From positions 107,353-127,352 of the IMG/VR virus record IMGVR_UViG_3300028572_000010: a DNA stretch of 20,000 bases; one strand, written 5' to 3'. This DNA is from an uncultured virus (IMG/VR IMGVR_UViG_3300028572_000010) (taxonomy: Duplodnaviria; Heunggongvirae; Uroviricota; Caudoviricetes). Below are positions 17,017 to 20,000 of this stretch, in pieces (positions within the stretch are counted from its first letter, which is position 1; the number at the start of each line of letters is the position of its first letter). Position numbers and translations under genes: made by a program. A model generated the notes under the pieces. The model ran no database searches. It had not been told where the DNA came from and saw nothing but the letters and a program-made list of their open reading frames with translations.

Positions 17017-17049
17017 GGGAGTGGACCCTTAGCACGGTATCCACTCCCC
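17017..17049 (-). terminator. GC-rich hairpin downstream of the permuted tRNA-like RNA
   Basis: Minus strand GGGAGTGGAT...GTCCACTCCC followed by TCCTTT; terminator or processing stem. Confidence 0.5.
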
Positions 17050-17071
17050 ATAATTATATTTCAGATATAAC

Positions 17072-17245
17072 GTCTAGGCTAATCAACTTATTAATCACAA
17101 TGCAACAAATGTTTAACTTAATCATAACGCTCTACCGCTAAGCTACCGGGCAATTCTGTGAAGTGGAATAAAATGGCTGCCCAGCTCGGATTTGAACCGA
17201 GGTCTTTACTTTAGTACATCTGTTATTGTAATTAACTACCTAAAC
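17072..17245 (-). ncRNA. Circularly permuted tRNA-like RNA (YrlA/Y-RNA-like architecture)
   Basis: 5' to 3': T arm CTCGG-TTCAAAT-CCGAG, 3' acceptor strand CTGGGCA-G-CCA, 21-nt linker, 5' acceptor strand TGCCCGG, D arm TA-GCTT-AGCGGTA-GAGC. The flanks pair into a long stem in place of the anticodon arm. Confidence 0.85.
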
Positions 17246-17268
17246 TAATTTTGAACTTAGGGTGAAAA

Positions 17269-17310
17269 CTTGAGCTTCAACCTTATCTTTAACTTTAACT
17301 TGAGCTTGAG
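17269..17310 (-). repeat. Seven tandem hexamers, consensus YTNAAG
   Basis: CTCAAG CTCAAG TTAAAG TTAAAG ATAAGG TTGAAG CTCAAG. Confidence 0.8.
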
Positions 17311-17357
17311 TTGCAGAGCATAGTATATCTATGTCTCTGCTCACCCAAATTGTTTGA

Positions 17358-18101
17358 TCACTTACCAAGGATGTATTTGACTATGTCCTGGCCGATTTTC
17401 TCGCCCACAACATCAATATTGTTGGCGCGTGCTTGTGCTGACTTGATAGCGGCCACCAAGTCCTCACAACGAGACAAAAGATCACTTTTTTCAGCTGGTG
17501 TGAGCATGCCAGACCACTCCGTTTCATGCTTATAACCTATTATCACATCCCTTACTTCTTTCGTAGCCTGGGCCGGATGTTGAGCTGTGGCAGGAACCAG
17601 TACGAAAGGATAGAACTCCTTGGTAGTCCTGGAAGTGACCCGAGGTTCAGCTTTATAAACATCTTCACCTTGATCATGGTCAGGCTTGAAGTTTTTGACT
17701 GGATCAAGAGTTGGGATCTTTTCGAGCAGACTTTTGAAGGTCTGAATATGCTTTTCAAGTTCCAGCAGACCAGTAGCCGGAATGTCCTTGAGTAGAACTG
17801 TACCATCCACAATTACATCTGCCTTAGCCAGACAATTTGTGGAATTGATTCGATTACAGACATCCAGAACATTAGCAAAATCATTGCCGATCCAGCTCAG
17901 TTCTTTCCGTACTGTAGTTTGCCGCTTCACGTTCTTCTCCACCACATCCTGTTGATTTTCGCCCAAAGGTTTGAATATAACATGTTCTTCAACAAAGTGA
18001 AGGTGCTTCTTAGTGAAGAGTTCAGTCAAGTCACTGATTAGCTTTGTGAGCTTACCAACGACACCTGACTTTACTGCCAGGATTTCATGTAGTTTAGCCA
18101 T
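17358..18101 (-). CDS. Conserved coiled-coil protein of the MAKLNQIIAVEKG-type family (DUF7873 as recalled; unverified)
   Basis: MAKLHEILAV, N..AKADVIVDG.VLL.DIPAT.LL.LEK, ATAQHPAQ, WSG and A.KSAQARAN..V motifs match this bacterial/phage family from recall. Confidence 0.8.
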   Translation of the reverse strand: MAKLHEILAVKSGVVGKLTKLISDLTELFTKKHLHFVEEHVIFKPLGENQQDVVEKNVKRQTTVRKELSWIGNDFANVLDVCNRINSTNCLAKADVIVDGTVLLKDIPATGLLELEKHIQTFKSLLEKIPTLDPVKNFKPDHDQGEDVYKAEPRVTSRTTKEFYPFVLVPATAQHPAQATKEVRDVIIGYKHETEWSGMLTPAEKSDLLSRCEDLVAAIKSAQARANNIDVVGEKIGQDIVKYILGK

Positions 18102-18148
18102 AATTAGTTTGAGTTTAATGTTTAGTTTGAGTTTTAGCTTAGTGTTAG
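18102..18148 (-). repeat. Hexamer-periodic leader directly abutting the ATG
   Basis: CTAACA CTAAG CTAAAA CTCAAA CTAAAC ATTAAA CTCAAA CTAATT ATG. Confidence 0.7.
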
Positions 18149-18149
18149 T

Positions 18150-18317
18150 TCAGGAATATACTTCCCGTTCTTCGTTTCTTTTTGTTTCACCAGTTCCTTT
18201 ACAGACTGGACATTTTTGCTTGTTTCTTTTGTTGGTTACGTGATGCTTGCCAACAATCCCTCTCCCACCACAATTAAGGCAGGTGGTTGGTACTTCGACT
18301 AGTTTTGTGTGTTTCAT
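18150..18317 (-). CDS. Small DnaJ-type zinc-finger protein (55 aa)
   Basis: Hand translation contains CLNCGGRG and CPVCKGTG (two CxxCxGxG motifs); not in ORF track. Confidence 0.8.
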   Translation of the reverse strand: MKHTKLVEVPTTCLNCGGRGIVGKHHVTNKRNKQKCPVCKGTGETKRNEEREVYS

Positions 18318-18463
18318 GATTTTAGTGTATTACTCCAAAATGTTTAAGGCACCAGAAAATAAAGTAAATAACCCCGCACAGTATAGTTAAATAGATTGTT
18401 ACTGTAATCACCCAACCTAAAATTAGGTATTTGATCGCTTTTTTCTTGTAGTCAAGCATAGTT

Positions 18464-18859
18464 TTAGTGTTTTGTTAAATAGTTTACTAACATAAGTATC
18501 AAGGTTCCTCCAAGCAATACAAGAAATAGTTTTAAAACGAAATAAGGATATTTATTTCGGTCCTGTATAGAATTGACGTTATGATGATAATCTTTACGAT
18601 CTCTACAATATGTACAACCACTACAATTATTACAATCACTACAATGACCACAATAACTACAATCAATACAACTACTACAATTACTACAATAAGCACAACT
18701 ACTACAACTACTACACCATCTACAATAACTACAACTACTACAATCACTACAACATCTACAATTAGTTAGGGTAGGTGAGTGTAGAGTAGCTAGTTCTTCC
18801 GTATCCCAACTATTATCGTTTTTGTCATACCATCTATTACCTCTTTTTGTTAGTTTCAT
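18464..18859 (-). CDS. Cysteine-repeat protein, copy D (18 Cxx units) with a C-terminal TM helix
   Basis: Same N-terminal domain; tail YFVLKLFLVLLGGTLILMLVNYL is hydrophobic. Confidence 0.85.
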   Translation of the reverse strand: MKLTKRGNRWYDKNDNSWDTEELATLHSPTLTNCRCCSDCSSCSYCRWCSSCSSCAYCSNCSSCIDCSYCGHCSDCNNCSGCTYCRDRKDYHHNVNSIQDRNKYPYFVLKLFLVLLGGTLILMLVNYLTKH

Positions 18860-19338
18860 AGTGTAGTAGTGTAAACTGCAAGTGTATTGCTAAAGAATTG
18901 TTCATAAGGCCAGGTAACCATATAATTAGTTCTGGTCCAAGGATTGTAAAGACCGTGTTTTAATACTACATATGTACTAGTAAAATAGACTAGACAAGCA
19001 TGTGGATTGGTATTGTAATAACCAACCCAAACATAAGGTTGATTAAATTTTATCTTACCTACGAATTTTAAAGTCTGTCCAGTCTGTTTAAACCAAGCTG
19101 CTTTTATAGCAGTCATTGGTTCATTAGTCAGATTCCATGTACTAGCCTCAATATCCATGTTAAGTCCCTCTGCTGCAAACATGGATAGAGTAGCAGGCCC
19201 ACAAAAAGGTTGGGTTTGTTCTTGATAACTAGGTGTAGGAATGTGTTTAAATTGGTGAATTGAGATGAGCCAGGCTACAAAAAATCCACACATCCAACCA
19301 AAACACATTAATAGACCAGAAATTGTTTCCTTTTTCAT
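18856..19338 (-). CDS. Membrane-anchored peptidase C39-like protein
   Basis: N-terminal TM; QEQTQPFCGPATLSM (Q-x5-CGPA) and downstream PHACLV provide the papain-like Cys/His pair. Confidence 0.6.
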   Translation of the reverse strand: MKKETISGLLMCFGWMCGFFVAWLISIHQFKHIPTPSYQEQTQPFCGPATLSMFAAEGLNMDIEASTWNLTNEPMTAIKAAWFKQTGQTLKFVGKIKFNQPYVWVGYYNTNPHACLVYFTSTYVVLKHGLYNPWTRTNYMVTWPYEQFFSNTLAVYTTTL

Positions 19339-19568
19339 CTTTTAGTAGGGAGTGAGAGAATTACAAATCCGATAGCGGCTAAAACACCACTAATTCCATC
19401 TTCAATCAGTTCTGCATCTGATTGTGGAAATATTTTGGAACCATGGAAAATTGTTTCGGTTAAACAATAATACAAGCCCATAAAAACAACCAACCAGCCT
19501 ATAAAATTAGAGTTTTTCATAAGCAGCATATTCATGATAATCCACTTCAACAGCTTGCGTACATGCAA
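19335..19568 (-). CDS. Small two-TM membrane protein (start uncertain)
   Basis: Two hydrophobic segments; ATGA overlap with the next gene. Confidence 0.65.
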   Translation of the reverse strand: MHVRKLLKWIIMNMLLMKNSNFIGWLVVFMGLYYCLTETIFHGSKIFPQSDAELIEDGISGVLAAIGFVILSLPTKR

Positions 19569-19627
19569 AGCTTTGATGCTGAATTATAGAAATTAACAGT
19601 TTATAAATATTAGGTTTAATCATATGT

Positions 19628-19867
19628 TTATATTCCAATTAACATTCGGTCAAAACCATCCTTTCTAAGATAGTTATAATGCTTTAGTTTTCTTGTATTC
19701 AATTTTTTACCTACATTTCGTTCCAATACTGTAAGTTTTACTCCAGCTCGTGTAACTTCCATGTTAACTACATTACCGAATGCATATATTTGTCCGTCCG
19801 TGTTAAACATCTGAACTAATTTTAAGGTTTTGTATGGCATATTTAGTTTATTGAACTTTAACTTCAT
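19628..19867 (-). CDS. Hypothetical basic protein (79 aa)
   Basis: ORF abutting the upstream stop. Confidence 0.65.
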   Translation of the reverse strand: MKLKFNKLNMPYKTLKLVQMFNTDGQIYAFGNVVNMEVTRAGVKLTVLERNVGKKLNTRKLKHYNYLRKDGFDRMLIGI

Positions 19868-20000
19868 TCAGTTTAGTCCTCTTTGTAGTTGATGTTGCTT
19901 AAATAAACCTGTATTCGCCTTAATTAAGTCAGCTGCCTCAAATGGTGAAATGGCCTGACTCGCACCAGCTTGTCTAAGGAATGCTCTAGTAATTTCCTTC
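19868..20000 (-). CDS. Hypothetical protein, 3' part (runs off window end)
   Basis: Open frame ...KEITRAFLRQAGASQAISPFEAADLIKANTGLFKQHQLQRGLN*, stop adjacent to the next ATG. Confidence 0.55.
   Translation of the reverse strand, partial: KEITRAFLRQAGASQAISPFEAADLIKANTGLFKQHQLQRGLN

Noticed and set aside
17174..17205. tRNA 3' half as an attachment-site remnant
   Set aside because: A matching 5' half and a long enclosing helix are present, and no integrase or duplicate of this sequence was seen in the window.
17269..17316. Hexamer array read as a KLKLKL peptide gene
   Set aside because: No in-frame ATG close upstream; the nearby ATG frame stops after 8 codons. A similar array in the 5' leader favours a nucleic-acid role.

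Overview
AT-rich, gene-dense segment that reads as a large tailed-phage genome: many short ORFs with ATGA-type overlaps, no housekeeping genes, and few Shine-Dalgarno motifs. A short plus-strand virion block (4293-8712) holds a probable portal, a DksA/TraR-type Zn finger and a tail-fibre-like protein. It sits inside long minus-strand accessory arrays encoding a vWA protein, a MYG1-family nuclease, a PspA-like protein, an outer-membrane beta-barrel, a C39-like peptidase and four paralogous (Cxx)n cysteine-repeat genes. The most striking content is non-coding. Besides a canonical tRNA-Cys(GCA) and a tmRNA with an unusually long tag, there are three different tRNA mimics that keep the T-arm/elbow but lack a usable anticodon. 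These are (i) a circularly permuted, YrlA/Y-RNA-like element next to a coiled-coil gene flanked on both sides by 6-nt periodic repeats, (ii) a tRNA-Leu-like RNA with enlarged anticodon and variable arms whose loops are complementary, and (iii) a tRNA body split by a 66-nt structured insert in the acceptor stem. All family assignments come from motif recognition by eye; no database searches were run.
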